A stretch of DNA of 64,000 bases, from assembly GCA_963728735.1 (NCBI GenBank), contig CAVSLX010000010.1, positions 12,456-76,455 of the forward strand. The letters run 5' to 3'. The first letter of the stretch is position 1. The number at the start of each line of letters is the position of its first letter. This DNA comes from an uncultured Actinomycetes bacterium (GTDB taxonomy: Bacteria; Actinomycetota; UBA4738; HRBIN12). The translations under genes and the position numbers were made by a program. Positions 63,943 through 64,000 of the stretch are shown piece by piece. Below the pieces are notes generated by a model that saw only the letters and a program-made list of their open reading frames with translations, did no database searches and had not been told where the DNA came from.

Positions 63943-64000
63943 CCGACCAGACGAGCGAGACAGTTGTGCCGGCGGTGCTCGAGATCCGTGGCCTGCGTGC
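63939..64000 (+). CDS. sufC: SufC ATPase, N-terminal fragment (runs off the window)
   Basis: ATG overlaps the Rieske stop (ATGA). MTDQTSETVVPAVLEIRGLR fits the LEI+.L start of SufC and the expected operon position. Only 20 codons are visible. Confidence 0.6.
   Translation, partial: MTDQTSETVVPAVLEIRGLR

Noticed and set aside
1-64000. A search by eye for tRNA, rRNA, tmRNA, known riboswitch cores, transposases, integrases, phage genes, toxin-antitoxin pairs and defence systems.
   Set aside because: None was recognised. The intergenic regions are short, and the only structured RNA found is rnpB. A covariance-model scan would be needed to exclude small ncRNAs.

Overview
This is a high-GC chromosomal segment (about 70% by eye). 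It looks like an Actinomycetota genome: a mycothiol-type MDMPI enzyme, trHbO, sufB-sufD-Rieske-sufC gene order, a Zn-ribbon/RNase H/rnpB neighbourhood, and many leaderless genes. I call about 62 protein genes and one RNase P RNA (rnpB, 37950-38352). I saw no tRNA, rRNA, CRISPR array, transposase, integrase or other mobile-element signature. Content in order: two-component modules (0-4.3 kb); an NhaP antiporter, lipoproteins and hydrolases; three MFS transporters (11-16 kb); an ECF-sigma-linked cluster of secreted NHL/beta-propeller proteins plus a DUF2330-like/cupredoxin pair (16-28 kb); housekeeping genes (AKR, DinB-like, trHbO, SURF1, Flp pilin, RNase H, rnpB); a lipoate/2-oxoacid-dehydrogenase block (lipA, a 5-PAS kinase, an E2-less E1 pair, csoR, and a lipB-E2-E1-lpd operon); and an Fe-S block (DUF59, rhodanese, sufB, sufD, Rieske, sufC). 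I do not see a convincing new multi-gene system such as a defence, secretion or biosynthetic cluster. The notable signals are small-scale. (1) TANNNT boxes, often TAGACT, sit 6-7 nt before start codons, which implies widespread leaderless transcription; this includes two back-to-back promoters in a 23-bp lipA intergenic gap. (2) A CsoR-type operator overlaps the leaderless csoR promoter, and no copper efflux gene is nearby. (3) A 13-bp x4 tandem repeat between E1-beta and E2 creates a chain of stop-restart mini-ORFs, and an analogous 11-bp repeat sits at a PAP2 start. (4) A duplicated promoter module precedes both sufB and sufD, and no sufR is present. (5) An operator-like perfect inverted repeat lies in a long rhodanese leader. 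(6) About 12 single-base indels break or locally scramble 7-8 genes, clustered in an amidohydrolase (4 insertions) and an anti-sigma-associated gene (3 compensating insertions). (7) There is a 5'-truncated ABC permease remnant, and an MFS transporter whose C-terminal soluble domain is paralogous to the adjacent small ORF. All functional calls come from motif recognition by eye; no database search or computation was run.
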